Of a stretch of DNA of 64,000 nt, positions 31,502 through 40,850 are shown piece after piece. Origin of the DNA: Verrucomicrobiia bacterium. GTDB taxonomy: Bacteria > Verrucomicrobiota > Verrucomicrobiia > Limisphaerales > UBA1319. The stretch spans positions 4,064,001-4,128,000 of the forward strand of contig OY760937.1 of the NCBI GenBank assembly GCA_963664225.1, written 5' to 3'. A program made the translations under genes and the position numbers. The notes below the pieces were generated by a model that was given only the letters and a program-made list of their open reading frames with translations, was not told the origin of the DNA and made no database searches. Every line of letters starts with the position of its first letter. The first letter of the stretch is position 1.

Positions 31502-31543
31502 AGGCGCAAAAATTCATCCCCGGATGCCCGGGGAATCACAACC

Positions 31544-32803
31544 ATGAAAACCATACAACTATTGCAGTGTCGCCAGTTGTTTCTGGCGCTTGTCGTATTA
31601 TTCCATGCCTGCGCGACCAGGGGCGAGTATGCGATTCGCAACGGGGATACGGTCGTGTTTTTGGGGGACAGCATTACCGCGGCGCGCGAGTACAGCAAAA
31701 TCATTGAGAATTACACGCTGCTGCGTTTTCCCGAGCGCAAGGTCAGATTCATCAACGCCGGACGCGGAGGCGAGACGGCCCGGCAGAGTCTTGCGCGATT
31801 GGACAAGGATGTTTTTGGGGCAGGCGCCACGGTGCTGACGGTGGCCTACGGAATCAACGACATTGGCTGGGGCGTCAAGGCCGACGCGGCGCACCGCAAA
31901 GAGTATCTGGATGCCATCGGGGAAATTGTGGATCGCTGCAAGGCGCATGGGGTTCGCGTTTTTATCTGCTCGGCTGCGATCACCGCGGAAGATCCGGACA
32001 AGGCCGAACAGGGTTTTCTCAAGAAGATGTGCGATGACGGGCTCGCACTTGCCCGGAGCAAGGGGGCGGGAACCATCGATGTTCAGTCAGCGATGCGGGA
32101 GGTTCAGCGCAAGGTGCTGGCCGCGGGTGTCAGCGAGCCCGATAAAACGAAACAATCGCGAATGCACGCGCCGGACGGCGTTCACCTGAACGACCTGGGT
32201 CAGATGGCGATGGCGTTTGCCATCCTCAAGGGGTTGGGCGCTCCTGCGAACGTCTCGAGCGCGACCATCGACGCCCAGGCGCCAAAGGTTGTTTCGGCGG
32301 ATGACTGTCAAATCACGAAGCTAAGGAAACTCGACCAGGGAGTCGCTTTTACCAGATTGGATGAACGGCTGCCGCTGAATCTCGCGCCGCTGTGGCTCCT
32401 GAGCGGATTTTATATTCCGATCCAGGACGAGTTGAATCGCTATCTCCTGACGGTGACAAACCTGCCCCAGGGCGAGTATGCGCTGATCGCATCCGGGAAA
32501 GAGGTGGGGACCTGGAGCGCGGAAACGCTTGGCGCGGGGTTGAACATTTCCTCGGTGACCACGAACGGATGGGAGCCGGGCGGGCTTTGGGATGCGCAGG
32601 GGCATACGCTGAAAGTCCTGACCGACATGCGGGATGCCCTGGCCAATACGCGACGCGGCATGGATGCCACGCTCAAGGCGCATCCGAGGCTGGAATCCCT
32701 GGAAGGAAAAGCGAAGGCATTGGAGAAATCGATTGTTGAACTTCAGCGCGAGATGGCGCGTCCAGTGCCGATGGCGTTTGAGATTCGACGGGCTGCGAAG
32801 TAG
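31544..32803 (+). CDS. SGNH/GDSL hydrolase
   Basis: FLGDSIT, NAGRGG, YGIND, DGVH blocks. Confidence 0.9.
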   Translation: MKTIQLLQCRQLFLALVVLFHACATRGEYAIRNGDTVVFLGDSITAAREYSKIIENYTLLRFPERKVRFINAGRGGETARQSLARLDKDVFGAGATVLTVAYGINDIGWGVKADAAHRKEYLDAIGEIVDRCKAHGVRVFICSAAITAEDPDKAEQGFLKKMCDDGLALARSKGAGTIDVQSAMREVQRKVLAAGVSEPDKTKQSRMHAPDGVHLNDLGQMAMAFAILKGLGAPANVSSATIDAQAPKVVSADDCQITKLRKLDQGVAFTRLDERLPLNLAPLWLLSGFYIPIQDELNRYLLTVTNLPQGEYALIASGKEVGTWSAETLGAGLNISSVTTNGWEPGGLWDAQGHTLKVLTDMRDALANTRRGMDATLKAHPRLESLEGKAKALEKSIVELQREMARPVPMAFEIRRAAK

Positions 32804-32920
32804 GGAGGCGGTCGATGTCGTTCATGCCGACGTTGGAAATCAGTTGCGTGTCCGGTTGCAGACATTGCAGCAGAGCATGACCGGTACTTTCGCCAGCACG
32901 CTCGCCACCGTCGGCAACTG

Positions 32921-33988
32921 CTAGAAACGACGACGAAACCAGAATGCGACATGGACGAGACCGATCAGTGCCGGCACCTCGATCAATGGGCCCACGACGG
33001 CGGCGAAGGCGACGTCTGACTTGATTCCAAAGACGGCGATGGCCACGGCGATGGCGAGCTCGAAGTTGTTCCCCGCCGAGGTGAATGCGAGAGTGGCGGA
33101 GCGCGGATAATCGGCGCCCAGCCGCTTTGCCATCACGAAACTCACCAGAAACATGATCGCGAAATAGAGCACGAGCGGGATTGCGATGCGCAGGACGTCC
33201 AGCGGCAGCCGCACAATGGCGTCGCCCTTGAACATGAACATCACAACGATGGTGAAGAGGAGCGCGGTGAGCGTGAGGGGGGAGATGCGCGGGATGAATA
33301 CGCGCTCATACCATTCCTCCCCCTTGAGCGGCACGAGAATCACCCGGCTCAAAATCCCGGCGGTGAATGGGATGCCAAGGTAGATCATCACACTCCAAAA
33401 AATGTCACTCATGTGGACCGGCACCACGGCGCCCTTCAAGCCAAAGTAAGGCGGAAGCACGGTGATGAAGATCCATGCGTAGAAACTGTAGAACAGGATT
33501 TGGGCGATGCTGTTAAGGGCCACCAACCCGGCGGCATACTCGCTGCTTCCTTTGGCAAGTTGGTTCCACACCAGAACCATCGCGATGCAGCGGGCGATGC
33601 CCACGAGGATCAGCCCCACCATGTAGTCCGGGTGATCGCGCAGCAGCAACACCGCGAGCAGGAACATCAGCGCCGGTCCAACGATCCAATTCTGGACAAG
33701 GGATAGCGTGAGGATGCGCGCATCGGCGAAGACTTTTGGCAGTTGGGAGAATTTCACCTTCGCCAGCGGCGGATACATCATGAGGATCAGGCCGATGGCG
33801 ATGGGCAGGTTCGTTGTGCCCACGGTCATGGGGTCGAAGAACCCCTCGGGATCGGCGATCACGAAATGGCCCAGCAGCACGCCAATGCCCATGGCGGCGA
33901 AGATCCAAACCGTGAGATAGCGATCCAGAAAGGACAAGTTCCTGGCCACATCGACGGGATTGGCGGCAGTAATCGATTTATCCATCAC
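32921..33988 (-). CDS. acr3: ACR3-family arsenite efflux transporter
   Basis: [43 protein letters not shown]. Confidence 0.97.
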   Translation of the reverse strand: MMDKSITAANPVDVARNLSFLDRYLTVWIFAAMGIGVLLGHFVIADPEGFFDPMTVGTTNLPIAIGLILMMYPPLAKVKFSQLPKVFADARILTLSLVQNWIVGPALMFLLAVLLLRDHPDYMVGLILVGIARCIAMVLVWNQLAKGSSEYAAGLVALNSIAQILFYSFYAWIFITVLPPYFGLKGAVVPVHMSDIFWSVMIYLGIPFTAGILSRVILVPLKGEEWYERVFIPRISPLTLTALLFTIVVMFMFKGDAIVRLPLDVLRIAIPLVLYFAIMFLVSFVMAKRLGADYPRSATLAFTSAGNNFELAIAVAIAVFGIKSDVAFAAVVGPLIEVPALIGLVHVAFWFRRRF

Positions 33989-34012
33989 GAAAGATTTGTG
34001 TCCGGGCTCTGG

Positions 34013-35191
34013 TCAGCAGCAGCGACTTTCGGGTTTGGCGTTTGTGGCTGGCCCGGGGCAGCAATCGCTCTCTGGCTTTGGTGCAAACTCTCCATGCAGG
34101 AAGCGGTCAGCCAGTTTGAGAATCGCCTGGGCCGGGGCCTGTTTGACAGAGTGCGCGGTATTCACCGCAGCCGTCATGTCCTCCACAGAAACGCCCAGTT
34201 TACGCGCCTTATCGTAGTGGTATTTGAAACACGGTTCGCAATTGGCGGAGATGGCCGCGCCGATGGCGATCAATTCCGTCACAGCAGGGGAATAGAGCGA
34301 CCCGTGATCAGCTTCCGAATCCTTGCAGGCGCACGCACAAGTGTGGGCTGGTTTGCGGGCTGTGACCTCGAGACTGGTGATGTATTCCGAGGGTTTGGAA
34401 CCGGCAGGCAAGTGCTGGATGATTTTCTGATACAGCGGATCCTTCCATTCGGACATGCCATCAATGTAAGCCGATTTCGGATTGAGCACGATGTCCGTCA
34501 ATCCGGCCTCGGTGGCCATGCGCTCCGTTTCTGAAACCAGCACCGCGCCCGCGACGCAACCGACCAGAGCCTCAACCATTTCGAGGACGGCGGGGGGCAT
34601 GGGTTTGAGCATGGCAAGATCGGAAACGGCAACGCGACCGCCGGGCTTGAGCACGCGCGCCATTTCGCGCCACACCTGCGGCTTGTCCGGCGAGAGGTTG
34701 ATGACGCAATTGGAAATGATCGCGTTCACACTGGCGTCGGCGATGGGCAGATGCTCGATTTCACCGAGACGAAACTCGACGTTGTCCAGGCCCGACCGTT
34801 CGCGATATGGAGCGATGTTTTTACGCGCCTTCGACAACATTTCCGGTGTCATGTCCACACCGATGGCGCGTCCATCCGCTCCCACTTTACGCCCGGCAAT
34901 GAAAACATCGAACCCGCCTCCCGAGCCCAAGTCCAGAACCACCTCGCCCGGTTGGAGCGCGGCGAGGGCATTGGGATTGCCGCAGGAAAGGCCCATGTTC
35001 GCACCCTCGGGCAGGGCGGCCAGTTCCTCGGTGCTGTAACCGACATACTGGGCCAACTGCGTCGAATCTTCAGCGCTCGAACCGCAGCAGCTCACGCCGG
35101 AACAGCAGGATTGGTTCTTTTCCGCAATCCTGCCGTAACCTTCGCGGACGGTTTGCCGGATGTTTTCGGGATCGACATTATTTGGTTTCAT
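34013..35191 (-). CDS. arsM: Arsenite S-adenosylmethionine methyltransferase fused to a C-terminal CMD/AhpD-like domain
   Basis: GLSCGNP, LDLGSGGGFD, ISNCVINL, GCVAGA; then ELIAIGAAISANCEPCFKYH..ARKLG. Confidence 0.92.
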   Translation of the reverse strand: MKPNNVDPENIRQTVREGYGRIAEKNQSCCSGVSCCGSSAEDSTQLAQYVGYSTEELAALPEGANMGLSCGNPNALAALQPGEVVLDLGSGGGFDVFIAGRKVGADGRAIGVDMTPEMLSKARKNIAPYRERSGLDNVEFRLGEIEHLPIADASVNAIISNCVINLSPDKPQVWREMARVLKPGGRVAVSDLAMLKPMPPAVLEMVEALVGCVAGAVLVSETERMATEAGLTDIVLNPKSAYIDGMSEWKDPLYQKIIQHLPAGSKPSEYITSLEVTARKPAHTCACACKDSEADHGSLYSPAVTELIAIGAAISANCEPCFKYHYDKARKLGVSVEDMTAAVNTAHSVKQAPAQAILKLADRFLHGEFAPKPESDCCPGPATNAKPESRCC

Positions 35192-35196
35192 TTTTC

Positions 35197-35988
35197 TTAA
35201 GGATGTACTTTGACATCAGGGAAATGACAGCCGGTGCAGGATTTGGTCGAGACATCGGCTAATACACCATCTTTACCATGGCAGGACAAACAACCGGTGG
35301 TCTTATCGCCCAGATTCACTGGTTTGGTCGCTGTTCCGGCAAAGCTGGCGTTTAGCAACTCGACGGTCTTATGGGCCATGTCCGCCGACAAACGGCGGCA
35401 CCGTTCTTTGCGCTCGTCGCTGTAAGCGGTTACCTTGGCCTGCTTGACCCAGACACTGACGGATGGATGGCATAAAACGGAACCGGGTTTGACCGCAGGA
35501 AGGTTCATTTTGGACGCCGGGTTCCTGGGGGCATATTGAGGCAGTTTTGTGTCCTGATAATAGGAAAACAACGCATCGATGAGCGCATTGCGCTCGGTTC
35601 CATTGCGCACCAGGAGCGATATCGCCGCGGCTCCGCCATTGAGCGTTCCGCACAAAGTGCCCCATTCGGCGACGCCTCCTTTGCCATAATACATCATTTC
35701 ACAGGGAAATGACTTGTAAGGCTCTCCCACCTTCTCCGCCAGTTGTGTGACAATACTGGCAAAAACGCCATACATGCATCCGGTTGCCGCAGTATGCATC
35801 TGATAGGAGAGCTCGGACGTCTGATCCGCATCCAACGTGACATAACGCCATGGTTGCGATGTGTTTTGCGTGGTTCCTTTTTCCGGCGGATTCTTCTCGG
35901 CCCCCAGCGCACCCAGCGCATAAGAACCCGAGGCCATGACCAGCGTTTGCAGCAAATGTCTTCGATTCAGTGTTTTCATTATTTCCAT
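35197..35988 (-). CDS. Tat-exported C_GCAxxG_C_C domain diheme protein (split-Soret cytochrome c-like)
   Basis: NRRHLL Tat-like motif; GCMYGVF, WGTLCGTLNG, SVLCH, KERC; two C-terminal CxxCH (CLSCH, CTGCH). Confidence 0.85.
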   Translation of the reverse strand: MEIMKTLNRRHLLQTLVMASGSYALGALGAEKNPPEKGTTQNTSQPWRYVTLDADQTSELSYQMHTAATGCMYGVFASIVTQLAEKVGEPYKSFPCEMMYYGKGGVAEWGTLCGTLNGGAAAISLLVRNGTERNALIDALFSYYQDTKLPQYAPRNPASKMNLPAVKPGSVLCHPSVSVWVKQAKVTAYSDERKERCRRLSADMAHKTVELLNASFAGTATKPVNLGDKTTGCLSCHGKDGVLADVSTKSCTGCHFPDVKVHP

Positions 35989-36039
35989 TATTCCGACAAG
36001 TTAATTTGTTCTGGTTTGTTAGTATCGTCCCGGCACTCG

Positions 36040-36501
36040 TCAACTTTTCACCTGATCCGAGGCAACGAGTTCCTCAACGTTCTCCACCACGGTTTGAACA
36101 CAGCCGACACAAATATTGTGAAGCAGGTCCCGCTCTTTGAAACGCGCCTGTCCTTCCGCGGTTCTCAAATCACACCCATGGAGCAGGTCGTGACACAGGC
36201 AGGAACCATGCCGCTTCTCAAACCGTGACATTAGTTCGAGCGTTTTCTGGTAGGTTTGATCGGTTGCCGAGCGGTCCTGGCGGGCACCGCGGCCGTATTT
36301 GAGGCCCAGCACCATGACACCGCCCGAGACGGCGCCGCAGACTTCGCCGTGACGGCCAATGCCCGCGCCAAAACCGGTGGAGACCTTCAGCGCAATCTCC
36401 GGATCCAAGCCCAGTTCCGGGGCAAAGGCGAAGAGGACCGACTGGGCGCAATTGTAACCGGATAGGAACTTTTCTGAGGCAATTTCGCTTTTCGTTTTCA
36501 T
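36040..36501 (-). CDS. C_GCAxxG_C_C family putative redox protein
   Basis: GYNCAQSV, GFGAGIG..VCGAVSG, GSCLC, ICVGCV. Confidence 0.92.
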   Translation of the reverse strand: MKTKSEIASEKFLSGYNCAQSVLFAFAPELGLDPEIALKVSTGFGAGIGRHGEVCGAVSGGVMVLGLKYGRGARQDRSATDQTYQKTLELMSRFEKRHGSCLCHDLLHGCDLRTAEGQARFKERDLLHNICVGCVQTVVENVEELVASDQVKS

Positions 36502-36513
36502 GATTTTAGCACC

Positions 36514-36969
36514 TTATTTTGTGCCAATATTTGACGCCTGCAACAAGGCCATGGAGCCGGGCAGCGTTTCGACGAATTTACGAATCTCATCCCGCACCCG
36601 CCGATACACGGCCAACTTTTCCTCGCCGTCCGGCATGTTCTTCGTGAGCTTCGGCGGGTCCTCAAATCCGACATGCACCACCTTTGCCTTGCCGGGGAAA
36701 ATGGGGCAATTCTCGTTGGCATGGCCACAGACGGTGACCACGTAATCGAACACGACGCCAATTTCCTGGGGTGTCTTGGAATAGTGTTTCGAGATGTCCA
36801 CGCCCGCCTCGGCCATGACTTTTACGGCGTGTGGATTCATTCCGTGTTTTTCGATTCCCGCAGAATAGGGATCCATGACATCGCTTTTGAGGTGGCGCGC
36901 CCAGCCTTCGGCCATCTGGCTGCGACAGGAATTGCCGGTGCAGAGAAAAAGGACTTTCAGCTTCGACAT
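36514..36969 (-). CDS. arsC: Arsenate reductase, thioredoxin-type (LMW-PTP fold)
   Basis: CTGNSCRSQMAEG P-loop; VC..ANENCP; FEDP..RVRDEI. Confidence 0.95.
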   Translation of the reverse strand: MSKLKVLFLCTGNSCRSQMAEGWARHLKSDVMDPYSAGIEKHGMNPHAVKVMAEAGVDISKHYSKTPQEIGVVFDYVVTVCGHANENCPIFPGKAKVVHVGFEDPPKLTKNMPDGEEKLAVYRRVRDEIRKFVETLPGSMALLQASNIGTK

Positions 36970-37322
36970 TGGCGTTTGCATATTTCAACGGGATCCAGTT
37001 TGAGAATCTTGCGCAGGTTGGCGGTGTCCTCGGTAATGCGCGGATCGTCGGTGAGCGATTTTTCGACCCATTTGAGCGCCTCCCGGGCGGCGGTGGATGC
37101 ATTTTTTCCGGGAAGGGCATAGTAAATCCAGCGGCCTTCCTTGCGTGAATCTACCAATCCAGCCTGCCTCAAGAGGTAGAAATGCTTCGACATGGTGGAC
37201 TGGGCCAGGCCGAAAAGCTCGGTGATCTGACAGGCGCAGAGCTCCTGCTGACGCAACGCCAGAAGAACGCGGATGCGGGTGGCATCGCCGAGGGCCTTTG
37301 TGATGTTCATGAAATCGCGCAT
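36957..37322 (-). CDS. arsR: ArsR/SmtB transcriptional repressor
   Basis: KALGDATRIR, ELCACQI, STMSKH, RKEGRWIYY; C-terminal CKRQC. Confidence 0.95.
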   Translation of the reverse strand: MRDFMNITKALGDATRIRVLLALRQQELCACQITELFGLAQSTMSKHFYLLRQAGLVDSRKEGRWIYYALPGKNASTAAREALKWVEKSLTDDPRITEDTANLRKILKLDPVEICKRQCRS

Positions 37323-37334
37323 GATGATTCTACG

Positions 37335-37386
37335 TCATTTCGCCATAAAACGAAATGAAGATGCCTTTAATGTGGGTGGCTGTCAA
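37335..37386 (-). promoter_or_regulatory. ars promoter with ArsR operator
   Basis: Palindrome TCATTTCG-N8-CGAAATGA (37335-37358), just downstream of minus-strand TTGACA-N17-CATCTT. Confidence 0.75.
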
Positions 37387-37482
37387 CTGCCGTGTTGAGG
37401 AGGATGGCATTCAGATTTTCTGCCGGATTCCTTCCGGCTGCCGACGGCAGGCTTCGGACCTCGCGGCCATCTCCGCAGTATT

Positions 37483-37920
37483 TCACTTTTTCACCAGGGG
37501 ATTGCGCACCTTAAGTTGCGGAAATGCAGAGAAGTCGCGATCCGCCGACCAGAGTTCGCTTATGCCGTGATGGAGACAGAGTGCGGCGATGCGCGCATCG
37601 TGGATGCGGGGGCCTTTGAGTCTCGCGGCGGTCGCGACGGCGCGCAGTTTCTCGAAATAACCGGGACCTTCGGCAAGGAACTCCGCGTTGGCACCCGCCC
37701 GCCAGGCGTCCACGGCTGCCAATGCCGCGCTGAGCGTCGTGGCCGGTCGGTATATGTTTGGGTGGGTGACGATGCTGATGAATTCATGCACGCAAGGCCA
37801 GGGAATGGCCCACGGCGCGGATTGATGCCGCAAGCGGTCAATCAACTCCTTCGCGGTAACATGGAACTCGCTGTCTCCGCGGTGCGAATAGACCAGCAGA
37901 TTGGTGTCCACGGCGATCAT
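37483..37920 (-). CDS. vapC: VapC-family PIN toxin
   Basis: IAVDTNLLVY, HEF, HDARIAA, SADRDF acidic residues. Confidence 0.93.
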   Translation of the reverse strand: MIAVDTNLLVYSHRGDSEFHVTAKELIDRLRHQSAPWAIPWPCVHEFISIVTHPNIYRPATTLSAALAAVDAWRAGANAEFLAEGPGYFEKLRAVATAARLKGPRIHDARIAALCLHHGISELWSADRDFSAFPQLKVRNPLVKK

Positions 37921-38162
37921 GCGCCATGGCCCCTGTAAATTTCGTTGCGAATTCTGTCCCAGGAGGCGTTTTTGAACTCCTCTGTCAGGCCGCTGCCGCG
38001 CACCGTGACCAAAGGCGGGAGTTTCCGGGGACGATCCTGCTTTTCCTGCAGAACCAGTCGCAGGCCTTGTTCCGTCAGGGAACGAAAAGTCGTCTTCTTC
38101 CTTCGGGCCAGGAGTTGGGCGCGTTCGAAAAGGTCGTCGGCGATTTCAATAGTTGTCTTCAT
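37917..38162 (-). CDS. vapB: VapB-like ribbon-helix-helix antitoxin
   Basis: MKTTIEIADDLFERA..TFRSLTEQGLR; ATGA overlap with the PIN gene. Confidence 0.88.
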   Translation of the reverse strand: MKTTIEIADDLFERAQLLARRKKTTFRSLTEQGLRLVLQEKQDRPRKLPPLVTVRGSGLTEEFKNASWDRIRNEIYRGHGA

Positions 38163-38164
38163 TG

Positions 38165-38204
38165 TATGGTAAGCCATATTCACATATATGGGCACCCATA
38201 TCAA
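38165..38204 (-). promoter_or_regulatory. TA autoregulatory operators overlapping the promoter
   Basis: Two palindromes of consensus TATGG-N4-CCATA (38165-38178, 38187-38200) next to minus-strand TTGATA. Confidence 0.7.
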
Positions 38205-38269
38205 GTGGCATTTCAGAGAGACGCGCCGATTTCTCTCCAAGCCTTCGGTGCGTGCCGGTCACACGCAAA

Positions 38270-38345
38270 ATGCGCGCCTTGAGTTGCGGAAATGCGGAGA
38301 AGGGGCGATCCGTCGAGCGGTGCAGGTGTGCTGTGATGCCGATAT
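38270..38345 (-). pseudogene. Relic 3' end of a second PIN toxin gene
   Basis: Translates DRPFSAFPQLKAR versus DRDFSAFPQLKVR in the intact VapC; DNA similar to 37502-37550. Confidence 0.7.
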
Positions 38346-38546
38346 CGCGTAACAGCCTGAATTGAAAGTTGGCATGCGGCGGTTGAATGATGTTATCATT
38401 GCGACAGTGAAGTCAGCAAAGGCGACAGCGTTTTTCAGCGCGATACGAATTGGCCATGTGGTGAAAGCCTTGTGGCGAAGGTTTGTGCCGCTGCCTCGTG
38501 TATCATCGGATGCCCCAGACATTCACTCCCGAACTACCTCACTCCA

Positions 38547-40772
38547 ATGATTGAATTAGAACAAAAAGTCACAGGTCTGATCTTGGGTAAGAATTACATA
38601 CCATTGAACGTGCCGGAATTGTTGCGGGCGCTTCGGTTGCCGCCGAATCGCCAGCAGGAGTTGCAGAGTGTATTGCGTCAACTGGAGCAGACAGGAGCCA
38701 TCGCCCGCATCAAGGGCAACCGGTATATCCAGCCACGGGAGGCAGACTTGATTCCCGGCCGGATTCGGATGAACCGTCAGGGTAAGGGTTTTCTACAACC
38801 GGACGATCCGGAGATGAAGGAAATCGCGATCCCGGAGGGGGCCACATCGACGGCGTTGCATGAGGATCGTGTATTGGTGCGTCGCGACATGCAGAGCAAG
38901 GGGCTGCGGTCGGGTGCGGCCGTCCCGGCCACTGGCACGGTGGTGCGCATCCTGGAGCGGCGACGCACACAGATTGTTGGAACATTGGAGCGGAGCCGGC
39001 AGTTTCTCTACATTATCCCGGACGATCCGCGCATACCGCACGATATTTATGTGCCGCCGCCCCGCGATGTGGGGCGGGCTGCGCAAGTGGGCGACAAGGT
39101 CGTGGTGGAATTGCGGGAATGGACATCGCGCAATACGAATCCCGAGGGTGAAATCATCGAGGTGCTCGGCGCCCCGGATGCCGAAGGCGTGGACATGCTT
39201 TCCGTATTGCGCCAATACAATCTGGCGCTGCATTTTTCCAAACCCGTCCTGCAGGAGGCGCGATCGTTTGGGACGACCGTTGAGCCCCGGGATTTCGAAG
39301 GCCGTGTGGATTGCCGCAGACATCAGGTGGTCACCATCGATCCCGACGATGCGAAGGATTTCGACGACGGCTTCTGCCTGGAGCGATCCGGACCGGACCA
39401 GTGGCGCCTGTGGGTGCATATCGCGGATGTGTCGCATTATGTCCAGCCCGGAAGCGCGCTCGATGTCGAGGCCTGCAAGCGCGGGAATTCAACCTATCTT
39501 GTGGACCGGGTGATTCCGATGCTGCCGGAGGCGTTGAGCAATGAACTATGCTCGCTCAAGCCGGGAGTCGATCGTCTGACCAAATGTGTCGAGTTTCACC
39601 TGTCGAGCGACGGGCGCATATTGAATACAAAGTTCTATTCCGCGGTGATTCATTCGCAACGGCGGCTCAGCTATCAGGAGGCCCTTGCCATTATTCAGGC
39701 CAGGCCCGCTGGTCCGATTGAAGAGATGCTCCATGCCGCGAACAACCTGGCGCAGCGGATTCGTCGCACGCGTTTCAAGGCAGGATCGCTGGCGCTGGAT
39801 TTCCCGGAAATGAAGATCCGGCTGGATGCGCATGGACGGGTGGAGCGCATTGAAAAAGTCGAGACCGATGAGTCGCACCAGTTGATCGAGGAATTCATGC
39901 TGATGGCCAATGAGGCGGTTGCCACGCGGTTGATGAACCTGCACCGGCCCGCGATTTATCGCGTTCATGAGGCTCCAAATGAAACGCGATTGCAGGAATA
40001 TCGGGAAGACGTGCTGGGTCACAATGTGCCCTGCGGCAATCTGCGCCAGCGCACGGAGGTTCAGCGGCTTCTAAACAGGCTCGACACCCTGCCCATCGGT
40101 TCGGCGCTCAAGATTGGTTTTCTCAAATCGCTCATGCGCGCCCGTTACGCGGTGGAACCCCTTGGTCATTACGGTCTGGCCAAACAGAAATACACGCATT
40201 TCACCTCGCCCATCCGTCGCTATGCCGACCTCGTGGTTCATCGCGCCCTGTTTGAGAAGATTTCCAGTTCAGCGGCCAAGCTGAGGGAAACCGCAGACCA
40301 TATCTCCGTCACGGAACGCAACTCCGCCGACGCCGAGCGCGACAGCAAGGACGTGAAGTTGTATGCGTTTCTGAATAAGCAATTGAAAGACAGCCAGCCG
40401 AGGCTCTATCCCGCGCTGGTCACCGATGTTCGCAATTTCGGTTTCTTCGTGGACGTGCCGGGGTTGGCCATGAGCGGGTTGGTCCCTTTATCGGCAGTGG
40501 AAGACGACTTCTACATGTTCGACGCCGCGCGCAATCACCTTGTCGGACGGCGGTCGCGGCGGATCATCAGTCTGGGCGATCGCGTGACCGTGCAGGTTGC
40601 CAGGGTGGACACCTTCAAGAAACAGGTGGATTTCCGGCTCGCGCAGGATTATCGACAGGCACCCCGCCGTCCGGACCGGCAGCAAAAATTGAAACCCGGA
40701 ATTGCGAAACGCCTTGCGCGTGGCGGCGGCAGGCCGAAACCCGCCGCAACGGCGAAACGTCAAGTGAGGTGA
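38547..40772 (+). CDS. rnr: Ribonuclease R
   Basis: Cold-shock domains; TIDPDDAKDFDD; YTHFTSPIRRYADL; C-terminal S1 domain and basic tail. Confidence 0.95.
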   Translation: MIELEQKVTGLILGKNYIPLNVPELLRALRLPPNRQQELQSVLRQLEQTGAIARIKGNRYIQPREADLIPGRIRMNRQGKGFLQPDDPEMKEIAIPEGATSTALHEDRVLVRRDMQSKGLRSGAAVPATGTVVRILERRRTQIVGTLERSRQFLYIIPDDPRIPHDIYVPPPRDVGRAAQVGDKVVVELREWTSRNTNPEGEIIEVLGAPDAEGVDMLSVLRQYNLALHFSKPVLQEARSFGTTVEPRDFEGRVDCRRHQVVTIDPDDAKDFDDGFCLERSGPDQWRLWVHIADVSHYVQPGSALDVEACKRGNSTYLVDRVIPMLPEALSNELCSLKPGVDRLTKCVEFHLSSDGRILNTKFYSAVIHSQRRLSYQEALAIIQARPAGPIEEMLHAANNLAQRIRRTRFKAGSLALDFPEMKIRLDAHGRVERIEKVETDESHQLIEEFMLMANEAVATRLMNLHRPAIYRVHEAPNETRLQEYREDVLGHNVPCGNLRQRTEVQRLLNRLDTLPIGSALKIGFLKSLMRARYAVEPLGHYGLAKQKYTHFTSPIRRYADLVVHRALFEKISSSAAKLRETADHISVTERNSADAERDSKDVKLYAFLNKQLKDSQPRLYPALVTDVRNFGFFVDVPGLAMSGLVPLSAVEDDFYMFDAARNHLVGRRSRRIISLGDRVTVQVARVDTFKKQVDFRLAQDYRQAPRRPDRQQKLKPGIAKRLARGGGRPKPAATAKRQVR

Positions 40773-40850
40773 TGCATTCATAAGATAACGCATTGAGTGC
40801 GTGGTTTTGCGTGGTCCCCGGGCGGGCCGTGGACGCGCCGGATGCCACCC

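Noticed and set aside
33989..34015. TGA readthrough or selenocysteine fusing ArsM-CMD to Acr3 (acr3 is in frame 24 nt after CC-TGA)
   Set aside because: In-frame spacing is expected by chance about one time in three; there is no convincing SECIS hairpin, and terminal CC pairs are common in Ars proteins.
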